Positions 40,948 through 54,664 of a DNA stretch of 64,000 nucleotides are shown in pieces. How positions within the stretch are numbered: the stretch's first letter is position 1; the number at the start of each line of letters is the position of its first letter. A program made the translations under genes and the position numbers. Source of the stretch: Octopus sinensis (taxonomy: Eukaryota). Under the pieces are notes generated by a model that did no database searches, had not been told where the DNA came from, and was given only the letters and a program-made list of their open reading frames with translations. The stretch lies in assembly GCF_006345805.1 (NCBI RefSeq), contig NC_043013.1, positions 30,256,001 through 30,320,000 of the forward strand. Reading direction: 5' to 3'.

Positions 40948-41524
40948 ACACATATATATGTGCGTAAATGTGTGTGTGTGTTTGTGTGATTGTGTGGGTG
41001 TTTTTTAATGAGAGCATTCGAAATATTCCTGTGACACTCTCCGTGATCTTCTTGCCTTGATAATCTATAAATTATTTGAACAGTATTTGTTCTGCCTCAA
41101 GCAACAATTTTGATTACTGAAACATATTCTTAGATTTGAAATAAATTTCGATTTTAGTGCAGATTTCGTTAATTAGATCAAATTTCAAAGTGAAATTATA
41201 GATTGTAGAAATATATTTCGTGTGCAGTGGAGTGGCAGTTAAAAAGAAATTAAAAGTATTTCTTAGTAGAATTGCAATTATTTCTTTTGAAGTTATACTA
41301 AATGATTAGACATTTCGATATATAAGTACTCACATATTATCTAAATGACTTTCAATAACCGATAAACAAGGCGTGCTAACCAACAATTAGACAAACTATT
41401 ATTGACTTATAGAACAGCCAAAAAATTCTAAATGTGCATACTTATGTACATATGTTTATTCAGCAAAAAAAAAAAAAAATCCCTGTACACACACACACAC
41501 ACACTCACATTTATATATACATTA

Positions 41525-41776
41525 TTGGGTTGGTGCATAATTATTGCGGATTTTTCAACAAATTTTATTTAAAAAAAAACAAGAACAACATGTAACAAAA
41601 ACATCTGCAAATGATTATTCCGGAACATATTCAAATTCCGCTTCAATTTCTACTTCCCATTTTGCTTGGCAGACTGTCAGACCGTCATTTAAAGATGTTT
41701 TTGCTGAATATTGCTAGTGTTTTTCGTTGAATAAAATTTGCTGGAAAAAAGCCAAAATAATTATGCACCAACCCAA
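41525..41776 (-). mobile_element. Internally deleted mariner (MITE-like), 252 bp
   Basis: TIRs ttgggttggtgcataattatt / aataattatgcaccaacccaa, with TA on both sides. The interior resembles a transposase C-terminus on the minus strand. Confidence 0.85.
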
Positions 41777-41782
41777 TATATA

Positions 41783-43000
41783 CATGGTGCGTAAATTATT
41801 TAAGGACATACATTTTTGGGGTCATTGCTGTATTTTTTACTAATACTGTATAATCTTTTTTTGAGAAATAATAATGGCAGACTCTCAGCTTACTCAAGAA
41901 ATGTATAGGTATGCTGTTATTGTGGTTATAAATGCTGAGCATAGTGATTTAGAAATATCTCGAGTTTTAAAAATTCCCAGGGTTTTCGTCTACAAAGTTT
42001 GTAAGGCTTAGAGACTGCAGATGGAAACGTATCACCAGTATGAAGGCAGAAAAACATTCTAAACGCATTGAAATCGTCAGAACACCTGAATATATTCAGC
42101 AAGTTTAACAGACCATTGATTACAATCCAAGAAAATCCATGAATTCAATTGCAAAAGATCTGTATATATCAGAAGGAGCCGTCAGAAATATTGTCCACGA
42201 CGACATCACCCTTATATGATGTGGTAAAGTCAATTTGTCTGAAAAAGCAATAAAATAAAATCACTTCATCAGATCTCGAAGGTTCTTAAACTGAAAAATC
42301 TAGCAGAAAATGATTTTGATTTGGTTTTTTCCCAAATGAGAAAAACGTCGACCAAAATCAAAAAATTAACAAGAACTGACAGATGGCTATGTGCACACAC
42401 TTCTGAAGTGTTATGCATACATAATTTCCTGCAACTGTCATGGTTTTAGGGGTTGTCAGCAATGAAGGATATGTGATGCCTCCTTAATTTTTTTTCACAA
42501 GGAAACTCTTCCGCCAACATTGATGTTCTAGAAATAATTCTTAAACCCTGGAAGGTTATATCTGTTTCAATATGTCACTATCACACATGGCTCTAGGAAC
42601 ACAGGAACGGATGGCTGAAAATATTCATGGTCACATAGCTCCAAACATTTGGTCTCCTAGTTTCCCAGATAACAATCCATTGTAATAACATGTGGAGCGA
42701 TATTGAGAGAGAGAGAGAGAGAGAGAGAGGTCAATGAACACGCACATAACACCAAAGATTCTGTGAATGCTGCTATAGTCAAAGAAATGTCCAACGTGAA
42801 CCGTGGCCACTTGATTCAAGTATGTAAATAATTTAGATCTCATATAGAAGCAATTGTTGAAGCTGAAGATGGCTTTATTGAATAACATTATAAAAAAGGT
42901 TTATTTTTATACTCATAGTATTTTTTTGAATAAAGGTATTATCTATTATTATATATGTTTTTATATAAACATAAATAGTTCCTCAAATGTCTTACGCACC

Positions 43001-43003
<3 letters not shown>
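41783..43003 (+). mobile_element. Decayed Tc1/mariner-superfamily transposon (maT/DD37D-like), 1221 bp
   Basis: TIRs catggtgcgtaa / ttacgcaccatg with TA flanks. Remnants: IVRTPEY, NPRKSMNSIAKDL, FPATVMVLGVVSNEG, WSPS.PDNNPL, IEAIVEAEDGFIE*. Confidence 0.85.
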
Positions 43004-43040
<37 letters not shown>

Positions 43041-43489
43041 TGTGTGTGTGTGTGTATGTATATAATTTAGAGAAAAACCACGATTAAACGATCCATTCCC
43101 AGATAACAATCCATTGTAATAACATGTGGAGCGTTATTGAGAGAGAGAGAGAGAGAGAGAGGTCAACGAACACGCACATGGGTAATTTCAATTTGTTCAA
43201 GTTGTTATAAAAAAAGCTTATTTTAAATCAATAAATTACATGTATGTTATTTATTGTACTTTATTGATTTAAAATAAGGGTATCTTTTAAAGTATGTATT
43301 TTCTATATGGTATGAATAACATCATTCTTTATTGAATTGTTTAATAGTGGTTTTTCTCTAAATTATATACTTATATCATGTATTGCGAAATTTGCTTTAA
43401 AATTGTTAAATCGAATTTTTCTCTGTAAGTTTTGGAATTATATTCCCTACTGTTATATATATATATATACATATATGTAGGTATATATG

Positions 43490-43700
<211 letters not shown>

Positions 43701-44361
43701 ATATGCATGTATATATAAGCAAAGAGTAGGATAGTTAACGTGTTTGTCACATATTTCAACTGCTAAAAGGCTAATTCAAACCACATACTCTACAGAAAAT
43801 ATTTACTTTATGGTAAGAATGTGTGAAAGTATCCTATGTATTCAGCGTCACCATCTATCTGGATTCCCAGACATCGATGTTTCAAGCTTCCATCAATGGG
43901 GGCTACGTAAGGGAGACAACTCTTTAAAATACAGTCAACAACCCTCTTATAGAGCTTACAATATGTAATGTGTATCATTGCTGAAACACAGACATCTCAA
44001 AAGATATTATTTGCGTAGACTTATACACATGTTTGCTCCTTAATGCTAAAGTATTTTGCATCTAAATTTGGCGGTCAATTTGTTAGCGGGCAGTTTAACA
44101 TAATGGTAAAGCACTCAGCCGGAGCCGTTGAGGATAAGGCTTCGAGTTCTAGGGCTGCTTGTTGACAATTTTTTTCTGCCTTGTAAGGTCAATTTACCCG
44201 TTATTTCTATTGCTGCAACGGCAAATCTCCCTTTGAAAGAAAATTATCTTCTTATTTGTATCTTACAACACTCATTTCCAAAACTTCTAATTAATGATCA
44301 GCTATTTGTTTGTTTACATTTATACGCACAAACATGTATATATATATATATAATATATATA

Positions 44362-44406
<45 letters not shown>

Positions 44407-44418
44407 TAATAATAATAA

Positions 44419-44792
44419 TATTAGGGAGTAAATCCAAACTTACAGGGAAAAATTAGATTTAGGATTAAATCTAATTTTATAGTATAAATATATATTATAT
44501 TAAATTAGAGATAAAACCACTACTAAGCAAATCAAACAGTGAAAATCATAAGCCAATACATAGAAATAAAATTAATAAAAAAATATATAAAAAATATAAA
44601 ATATAAAAATCCAATTAAAATATTTAAATTAAAGTTTAAATTTAAAAAAGTATTAATTTGAATAACTTTTTAAAATTTTAACTTAAAATATTTTAATTGG
44701 ATTTTTATATTTTATATTTCTTATATATTTTTTAATTAATTTTATTTCTATGTATTGATTTGCCTAGTAGTGGTTTTATCTCTAATTTAATA
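44419..44792. repeat. AT-rich fold-back of a repeated module also found at 28900-29060 and 43336-43450
   Basis: 44419-44580 is the reverse complement of about 28900-29055. Internal inverted arms at about 44498-44627 and 44683-44792. Confidence 0.75.
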
Positions 44793-44863
44793 TAATATAT
44801 ATATATATAGATATATATAGGGGGTGGAGTAAGAAGAATGAACGAAAATGCACATTGGAAATC

Positions 44864-45159
44864 ATGAAAAGTAACGAAAGATATATACAATTAGATGAAC
44901 TGAGGTAGGAATAAAAGTAATAAAAGTCATTATTGTGAATTGTTAAAGAGATTCAAGCATACCGGTTTCATAAGTTACTAATCATTACTTTGAATACAAC
45001 TATTCGTTCAAAGCAACGAATAGTTGTATTCAAAGCAATGATTAGTAACTTAAGAAACCGGTATGCTTGAATCTCTTTAACAGTTCACAATAATGACTTT
45101 TATTACTTTTATTCCTACCTCAGTTCATCTAATTGTATATATCTTTCGTTGCTTTTCAT
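44864..45159. repeat. Fold-back element: 145-bp arms (44864-45008, 45015-45159), 6-bp loop, about 4 mismatches, decayed hammerhead-like motif
   Basis: Arms compared by eye. gca ATGATTA gtaacttaa GAAAC cg GTA tgc lies at 45031-45069. More diverged outer arms lie at about 44826-44875 and 45170-45220. Confidence 0.85.
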
Positions 45160-45566
45160 AAAAAGCCTTTACTTTTTATGACTTCCAACGTGCATTTTTT
45201 GTTTATTTTTCTTACTTTCTCCTTACATTACCACGTGTAGTTTCTATTTTCATTTTGTAACATATTTCTATTATATATATATATATATATATAAAAATTT
45301 AGCAATTAAGGACAACTACTTAATAAGGAAAACTTAACAAGAAATTGTCAGGTAGATAGCGTAAAAACCTCATAAGAGTAAAAATTTCGAAAATAATTAT
45401 TTCTTATTGAACATATTAATTTATATATAGAGGGCATTATACATACATGCCAGAAGGCATTATACATACATGCCAAACGCTAAGAGGGACAATTAGTCAT
45501 TTCTACCAAAAATATTACTAATCCCACCGAATGCAATTTTTCAAAGTAAGACATTTAAAAAAATAT

Positions 45567-45614
45567 AGACCTGTATCACAGTGATTTCATACTTACGTAC
45601 TCATCAGCAGGCCT
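45567..45614 (-). ncRNA. Intact type I hammerhead ribozyme motif
   Basis: Minus strand reads AGGCCTG CTGATGA gtac-gtaa-gtat GAA ATCAC-t-GTGAT A CAGGTCT: 7-bp stem I, 4-bp stem II with a GNRA loop, near-palindromic stem III and an AUA cleavage triplet. Confidence 0.9.
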
Positions 45615-45754
45615 GAATGTATTATAAATAAACAACGACCCTGCCCCGTTTAAGCCGATCAGCTAACTGCTCAACATCAACGAAGCACATGGGTGAGTTT
45701 ACATATATTACATCCGGATAAATGGCAAACTTTTACGAATTGCATTTACGAATT

Positions 45755-45796
45755 GCTGATGAGTACGTAAGTATGAAATCACTGTGATACAGGTCT
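45755..45796 (+). ncRNA. Hammerhead motif with intact core but replaced 5' strand of stem I
   Basis: Same core as the 45567-45614 copy, preceded by acgaattg at the inversion junction instead of aggcctg. Confidence 0.7.
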
Positions 45797-46229
45797 ATAT
45801 TTTTTTAAATGTCTTACTTTGAAAAATTGCATTCGGTGGGATTAGTAATATTTTTGGTAGAAATGAACTATTGTCCCTCTTAGCGTTTGGCATGTATGTA
45901 TAATGCCTTCTGGCATGTATGTATAATGCCCTCTATATATAAATTAATATGTTCAATAAGAAATAATTATTTTCGAAATTTTTTCTCTTATGAGGTTTTT
46001 ACGCTATCTACCTGACAATTTCTTGTTAAGTTTTCCTTATTAAGTAGTTGTCCTTAATTGCTAAATTTTTATTCCGAAAAAACGTTTCCTCTCCCGAAAT
46101 GCAATTCGTAAAAGTTTGCCATTTATCCGGATGTAATATATGTAAACTCACCCATGTGCTTCGTTGATGTTGAGCAGTTAGCTGATCGGCTTAAATGGGG
46201 CAGGGTCGTTGTTTATTTATAATACATTC

Positions 46230-46276
46230 AGGCCTGCTGATGAGTACGTAAGTATGAATCACTGTGATACAGGTCT
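46230..46276 (+). ncRNA. Hammerhead motif lacking one core A (GAATC instead of GAAATC)
   Basis: aggcctg CTGATGA gtacgtaagtat GAA tcactgtgata caggtct. Confidence 0.7.
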
Positions 46277-46413
46277 ATATTTTTTTAAATGTCTTACTTT
46301 GAAAAATTGCATTCGGTGGGATTAGTAATATTTTTGGTAGAAATGACTAATTGTCCCTCTTAGCGTTTGGCATGTATGTATAATGCCTTCTGGCATGTAT
46401 GTATAATGCCCTC

Positions 46414-46449
<36 letters not shown>

Positions 46450-46493
46450 GATTGATACATAGATAGATAGATACTGATACAACTATAGGTATA

Positions 46494-47030
46494 GTGTGTT
46501 GGCATGAAAGTAATTTCGTTTTTTGCAAATAGAGTTAAAATTTTTTTGAATGACTTCTGTCAATTTTATGCTTTTTTCCTTTTGATGTGTGACAATCGTT
46601 ACTTTTAGCTTACTTTAGAAGCAAATTGCGCGTAATTTTACTTACAGCTGTTAGTTCAGTGCCAATTGTAACATGGAGTGCAACAACGAACATGTTCGCC
46701 ATATTTTTCTTTTTTATTTCCGTAAAGCAAGAAAGCTGCTGAGGCTTACATGTGAAGTTTATGGTGTTGATTGCTTAACACAACGTAAAATTCTTTGAAT
46801 GGTAAAACTTTCAATAATTTTGATAACATGATATCGCACTTGCTTCAGGTTTTGGGTGATAAGGACCAGAATTTCTATGAGCACGGAATCGTAAATTTGC
46901 CAGAAAGATGGCAAAAAAGTTATCAAACACAATGGAAAATATAGGATTGATTAAAGTTCATTCTTTGTATAAGAAAAAAATTACTATTATTTCACACTAT
47001 AAAACTGAAATTACTTTCTTGCAAACCCAA
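46494..47030 (+). mobile_element. Internally deleted mariner element
   Basis: Degenerate TIRs (ttggcatgaaagtaatttc / gaaattactttcttgcaaacccaa) with TA flanks. N-terminal MECNNEHVRHIF and C-terminal FYEHGIVNLPERWQK remnants. Confidence 0.75.
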
Positions 47031-48629
47031 TAAATTCGTGTGCTATGTCTGTGTTTGCCTGTGCTTCATTAAAAGACCTGACTAAGAGCCAGTCTCTCGT
47101 ATGTTCATATCAGTCTGTTGCTGTTTGTTTGGAAGAATAAAAGGCTCTAAATCTATATTCACAATATCACTTTCAAAAATCGCAAAGAAAAAACGAAAAA
47201 AAGCTGAAATAGTTGAGATCATATATTGGTCGAATTTTCATAGTGTTTTCTTCCAATTCTATTTTCTTTTCATTAGGCTTCCGCGTTAACAGTAACGTGT
47301 TTATTTGTTTTTGATGAAATTTGCGTTGGTTTCACCGAAAAAATTCTGCAGTAAAATATGTTCATCTTCGAAAGAAAAAAGTAACGTTTGAATGGAGAGC
47401 TGCCTATAATATAGGTTTGACGATAATAACTGCAATGATGTGAATACTCCACATGAGTATATATATGAGGCTTGGAAAATAATGACAAAGCTAGAGATTT
47501 ATGGGGAGTTGGACTCTCATAATTTTAGAAATACAACTAGCAACAGACGAACAGCGAAGAAGGAAAATTTCTGACGAAAAAAAGCATATCTTCCTTATAT
47601 GAGAAACGACGATAAAATACGGAGTGTGTGGAAGGTCACAAATTCGCTGATACTTCAAGAGATGTCTTTCATTGTGGGTGAACGAGCACGCGGTGCCACA
47701 TGCACTAGATCCTCAATATTCTGTCCATAACAAAATGCTACACTCTTTGGACTGAATAAACGTGACTGCCAACTAACTAGATAATTAGTTACTATCTTGA
47801 ACATATGTTCCTGATCTTCTCTGTAGCGCAGCATCATCAGTTAGCTTTAGGTGACGAGATTCTTGGTAACGTAATCGGATTTTTTCGTCACTATTGGCGT
47901 ATATGTCCTTGTCAAACTCCAAACGTATATCCTGTTGTGTGCTCGGGGAATAAACCGTTAAAACCGTTAAAATTGATTGTCCATGACAAAGCGCTCAGCT
48001 CTTACAGAGTCACCATAGAAAAAAGTCCTACAGCGAAGAGCAGTAAAAATCTAAAACACAAAATAAAAAGAAACATACAGCGCCAGCACGGTATGGGGAT
48101 TGCTTAGTCTTCACAGCGCAGAAATCATAGGAAGAGATCGTCATGTAGTTTGTTCCATGGGCCTTTTGTGGAGCTAGGAAAATTTCTGCCTATACATTCA
48201 GAGCGAAGTCATCATGTTGCAACATTAACGATGTTTTAGAAAAGAGCATTAGTGACAGGCAACTGTATAAAGACGTCAACAAGCACACTAGCAAGAGAGA
48301 AAGAAAAAAAATAACAATATAATGAAATTAATAAATTCGATAAGGGACACACGTTTCCCAGTGTCAAAAGATCGCATAAATGTTCGTAGCTTTTCATACA
48401 GTAACGGAACAACTGAGGGTAAACGCAAATATTTACACATCTAATTCGCTGCAAATCCAATGCACATTGGCGTGGAGATGGGTCTTAGCAACACAAAGTA
48501 TAAGGTAATCGGCATAGTAAATGATAGGCTTCGAACAATCCTACGAAACATTTATTTATTCACAGCATCACCATGCATTATTCGTTGCCATTGCTAAGAC
48601 AAACAAATAGGTACACAACGTATGTAATC

Positions 48630-48660
<31 letters not shown>

Positions 48661-48725
48661 TGTATGTATGTATGTATGTATGTATGTATTTGTACACACA
48701 CATATACACACACACACATACATAC

Positions 48726-48760
<35 letters not shown>

Positions 48761-49264
48761 TACATACAAACTCAAACTTTAGAGGACTGACCGTTAAAAG
48801 TGAACACAGCCTATATGCTTCGTTGTCAGTCCTCAAAATATGGTATGTGACACAATTTTTAATCTTCGAATTTTTAAAAAATATGCTAAGCCACTGGTTT
48901 TAATTAACTAATATCAATTTCTATCCTTATATAGATATATATAAATATATAGTTACACTTACGCATATATATGATTGCGTGTGTATATACGTATGCTTGC
49001 ATGTCTTTGAGTTTGTGCATTTCTTTCAGCATCATTTGATGGATGGCCTTAGCTTGCTTACGTCCTTCAGGAAAAAAGAACTCATAATTAAGCACCGGAC
49101 AAAAGACAAAAGCAACACAATACAAAAACATAGTATTTGGCTAGATATGTTTTACTAAACGCGTCAACGCGGTGCTCCAGTATGGTTGCAGTTCTTTGAC
49201 TAATACTATACATACATACATGCATACATAGGTACAGACACACATATACGTGTATGTATATCTG

Positions 49265-49364
<100 letters not shown>

Positions 49365-49511
49365 CCAATCTATCTATCTGTCTGTCTACCTGTCTGTCTG
49401 TCTGTCTGTCTACCTACCTTTCTGTATGTCTATTTGTCTATCTATATATATGTATAATATAATGTACGTATACGCATATATATATATCTTAAATATACAT
49501 ATATTATATAC

Positions 49512-49548
<37 letters not shown>

Positions 49549-49707
49549 AATATATATATATATATATATTATATATAATATATATATATATATCTATAAA
49601 TATATATATATATATTATATATATATATACGTTATGTATATTATATATAAATAATATTATATATGCATATATAAGTGTGTGCGTGTGGGTGTTAGTGTGT
49701 GTGTAAA

Positions 49708-49949
49708 GGGGCGTGGCTTAGGGATTTGGGCATTCTGCTCACGATCGTAAGCTCCTGAGTTCAATTCCCGGCGACACTTTGTGTCTTTGAGCAAGACACT
49801 TTGTTTTACGTTGCTCTCTGAGAACTGAGCCACGTTAAAGGTGCACGTGGCTGTGGAGTGCTCAGACACCTTCACGCTAATTTCACGAGAAAGCTGTTCT
49901 GTTGATCGTATCAACTGTGATCCTCGTTATCGTAACCGACGGAGTACAC
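49708..49949 (+). mobile_element. SINE family C, internally deleted
   Basis: tRNA-like head (gagttcaattccc). The body is shared with 39876-40191. Confidence 0.7.
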
Positions 49950-50344
49950 CTACATATGCATGTTGTTGATAGGCATTTCACTGTATATGTTTGGGTAAAA
50001 CTTATTAATTTCTAGATTTTCTGTGCAAAACTTTGCTCTTCATAATAAAAATAAAAGTGGGCGAGAGATATTACATCCTGTAAGTAAATAACCAAGTATA
50101 TAAATATTTTAAATTTAATAGAAACGTAACGCAAATTCGTTATGTTCAACTATTAAGTTATATAAAATGTGCCTGAATACCATATGTCGGTTGATCTGTA
50201 AGCAATAGAGAATTGCTTTTGTGCCATTACTTAAGTAATGTATTCAAACATGGTATACGTTTAATGTTTTGATATCATTCTCACTATATTGAACATAAAT
50301 ATCAGTATCAATATACATATTGTTGTGTGTGGCGTGGGTGTGAG

Positions 50345-50394
<50 letters not shown>

Positions 50395-50560
50395 TATTTA
50401 TGTATATATATATATAAATATATATATATATTATATATATATATACATACGTACAAATATATATGTATAGTATATATGGGAGTATATTATATATATATAT
50501 GTATATATACGTTTATACGCGAATACTTACCACCACACACACACCACACACACACACAAC

Positions 50561-50607
<47 letters not shown>

Positions 50608-50632
50608 ATATAATCATATATACTACATATAA

Positions 50633-50671
<39 letters not shown>

Positions 50672-51023
50672 CGCACACTGTAAAAGTTGAGGAGGTAGAT
50701 TCAGTTACTACTCTCTAATAATTCTGTTTACAGAGAATACAATCTTTGAAAAGGTTTGACAAACACACTTAATAGCTATCGATTTTAAATGAAGTCTTAA
50801 TTTGAGTAGTAAACATGAAGCTCACTAACTACCACCAAATATTAAAACCGATAGAACATTCACGAGTAATTACTGAGAATAAATGAGATGCTATTCTTCG
50901 CAAACATAAATACACATATGAAAATTTTCAATTTCATCAACAATCTATTTAGTTTTAAACAGTTAAATTATATTGTAATGTACCTTCTAAGTCTTTGGAA
51001 AAGGATGTATAGAGAGAGGCAAT

Positions 51024-51784
51024 AATCGTGCCAATGTAAGTTGTTTTGGAAAAACATTGGACATGAAGATGATTATGAGGATGTTTTACCATTTGATATT
51101 ACTTTTTTTTCAACTTCAAAAATTAATATACAAAAACGGATGGTGGCCTGAGGAAGTGGTTGACGATTAAGTGAATATGTTTATTTAGATTTTGTTCCAA
51201 TATAGCCTCTGTCTAGCATTCATTCTGGTTTATTTTACGATCCATTTTACAGGAATTTTAAGGGAAGGGGTAAGTCTATTACATCGTCTCCAGTACCTAA
51301 CTGTTGTTCATCGATCCCAGAATGACGAAAAGCAAAGTCGTTCCAGGGGAAATTTGAACTCAGAACGTAAAGACGAACGAAATGACAGAGAAATGACATT
51401 GACAATCGTGCCAATGTAAGTTGTTTTTGAAAAAATATATGAGATGAAGATCATAATGATGAGGATGGTTTACCATTTGATATATATATTTTATTTTCAG
51501 CTCCAAACATTAACATATAAAAAGACGGATGGTGAACGGAAGAAGTCGTTGACAATCGACATAATATGTTAGAGAAGTTAGATTTGGTTCCAATGTAGCT
51601 TCTGTCAAGTATTCTTTCTGGCTAACTTTACGATCCATTTCACAGCAATTTTGAGGGGAGGGCTAAGTCTATTACATCGTCCCCAGTACTCAACTGTTGC
51701 TTATTTCATCGACCCCAAAATGATGAAAGGTAAAGTCGATCTCGGTGGAATTTGAACTCAGAACGTAAAGACGGACGAAATGAC
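51024..51784 (+). repeat. Old tandem duplication, 380-bp unit, each unit containing a family B SINE fragment
   Basis: aatcgtgccaatgtaagttgtttt occurs at 51024 and 51404, with colinear but diverged units. Confidence 0.85.
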
Positions 51785-52419
51785 CCTATCTATTTTGCCC
51801 TGCGTGATCGATGTCTCAATTTCTGGTTATATTCTTCGATATAACATCAGCTTTCTTTTCTGTAATAATCCATGTAAAATGAGAAACATCATTGGAGGTC
51901 TTGACTTTTCGAAAAAGTGACATAGTGTGCTGAATACATTACATTATTAAAGTTTAGGAACGCACAGCCTAGAGGTTGTGGTTGTGGTCTTCGCCACGTA
52001 ATCATAAGATTGTAAGTAAAAATTCAATTTATAGAAAAGCTGGGGAGTTATGCGGACTCTATCACACGTCACTCCAGTCTACTGTGTTGTTGGTGCATTT
52101 TACTAATACTTTACATCTTAGCCTTCGTTCTTCTGTGAAGTTAGAATCAAACAAATTCTAGTAATACGTCTAGCCGAAAGGAAATGAATCAATATTTTCT
52201 ATAAACATTTCAATATATTTACGAATTGCCAAAATTAAGAAGAGATTAGTGGAATATAAAGTTAACATAAAAAATGATTTGCACACCTCCTGTGTCGATT
52301 CCAACAGTGAGCCCAATATTTCATGTTCCTAGTTGTAAAAGCTTCGTTTCGCTGTCGATATTATATTTTGTATTTGTACGAAAGACAGCAATAATTGAAT
52401 CTCTTCATTTGAAGTATGC

Positions 52420-53177
<758 letters not shown>

Positions 53178-53796
53178 ACAGGAGCAGAAGTGGAGTGTGG
53201 AAGTAGCTTGCTTAAAAAATCACATGGTTCAGGGTTCAATTCCACTGCATGGCAAGTGTTTTTCTTCGTAATCGTAATCCACGCCGTTTGAAAGGCTTTT
53301 GTATAAAATTACATTAAAAAATACCTATTTTTCATGAATTTTATGAGGGGGAAAATGTCGGGTCCTGTCGATTTTCCTAAACTCCCAATACCTTGGAAAA
53401 TATTTCAAACCAATCATTACATACCCTCAATCTACATGATATAACCGATTATTTGGTAGAAGTTTCGTTAAAAAGTCTCCTTTTTGCGGAAGTTATGAGG
53501 CAACTAAATTTTTGAACAGTAGTTATACATTTTTTCGAAAGTTACTGTAAACGGATTAAAGTTAACTTCCGTTAAATTTTCAAATAATTAATGGATTAAA
53601 TTTTCGCAGAATCAACGGATATACATATATATATAAAATTAGGGAAAACACATTTTATCAATTCAAAATGAACAATTAAATTACACCATCTAGAAAATTA
53701 CATATAATAGAAATATTAAAATTAAAACAACAATAAAATATCAATGATTAAGTAAATTGCTAAAAAAATAATAAAAACGTATATAATTGGTAGGAT

Positions 53797-53874
53797 AACG
53801 ACACGTGTTCGTGGCTATATTTAAGAAATGATTATAGTAGTAGTAAAATCACTTCCATAGCCACTCATCCGGTT
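53797..53874 (-). ncRNA. Degenerate hammerhead-like motif
   Basis: Minus strand reads aac CGGATGA gtggctat..atagccac GAAC acgt GTC gtt: perfect 8-bp stem II and 3-bp stem I, with two core lesions. Confidence 0.55.
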
Positions 53875-53919
53875 GAAAATAAAGTAGAATAATAAAATAA
53901 TTAATTGATAAGTATACTT

Positions 53920-53957
<38 letters not shown>

Positions 53958-54534
53958 CATGAAGAACCATAATCTTATATTTTGAAATATAATACTTTCC
54001 GGTAAAATGATTCGTGACCCGATAAATGAAATGAACTAATAATTTGATAATTTCACCTTAAAGAAATATCAGAATACTAGAATCTCATTTGATACTGGCT
54101 ATTGTTCATTGATTTTCCTACCAATTCTTCACACACCAACACGAAATTTCCATAATAGGACACCAAATACTTCTGTGTATGACACACCATACTAACTATC
54201 GTATAACCCAACAAGTGTCCAATGATCATTCCCACTACTCTTTCGTATGTCGACTAAAATGTTTACTATCAAGGGGTCTACAACTACTATATATAAAAAT
54301 CCCATGATCTGCTGATAAATGATAATATCTTTAACATCCACAACTCAAGATGCAGGAAGTCCATCAATTCTTCTTTCCACAACAGAATTAGTAATATTCC
54401 TTTTCCGAACACTTAGTTTGACTACTTCTGTTACATTTGATAACTGATAGCTCTCCCAAAATATTACTATCATGGCTACGTCGTTGGCTTACTTATGAAT
54501 GCATAAAGATCACCTTGACTATATAATATATATA

Positions 54535-54565
<31 letters not shown>

Positions 54566-54603
54566 GATAGATAGATATAGATATATACATACATATATAT
54601 ATA

Positions 54604-54664
<61 letters not shown>

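Larger units (their letters stand above)
45292..46424. mobile_element. Retrozyme-like element: one inverted near-monomer (45292-45747, -) plus about 1.4 tandem monomers (45755-46424, +), monomer 481 nt
   Basis: CTGATGA cores at 45756 and 46237 are 481 bp apart. 45292-45608 pairs with 45755-46071 (317 bp), and 45609-45747 pairs with 46097-46236. (TA)n flanks both sides. No ORF of note. Confidence 0.88.

Noticed and set aside
47500-48500. Possible piggyBac-like remnant (FDKGHTFP)
   Set aside because: A single weak motif, with no TTAA-bounded TIRs or catalytic motifs found.
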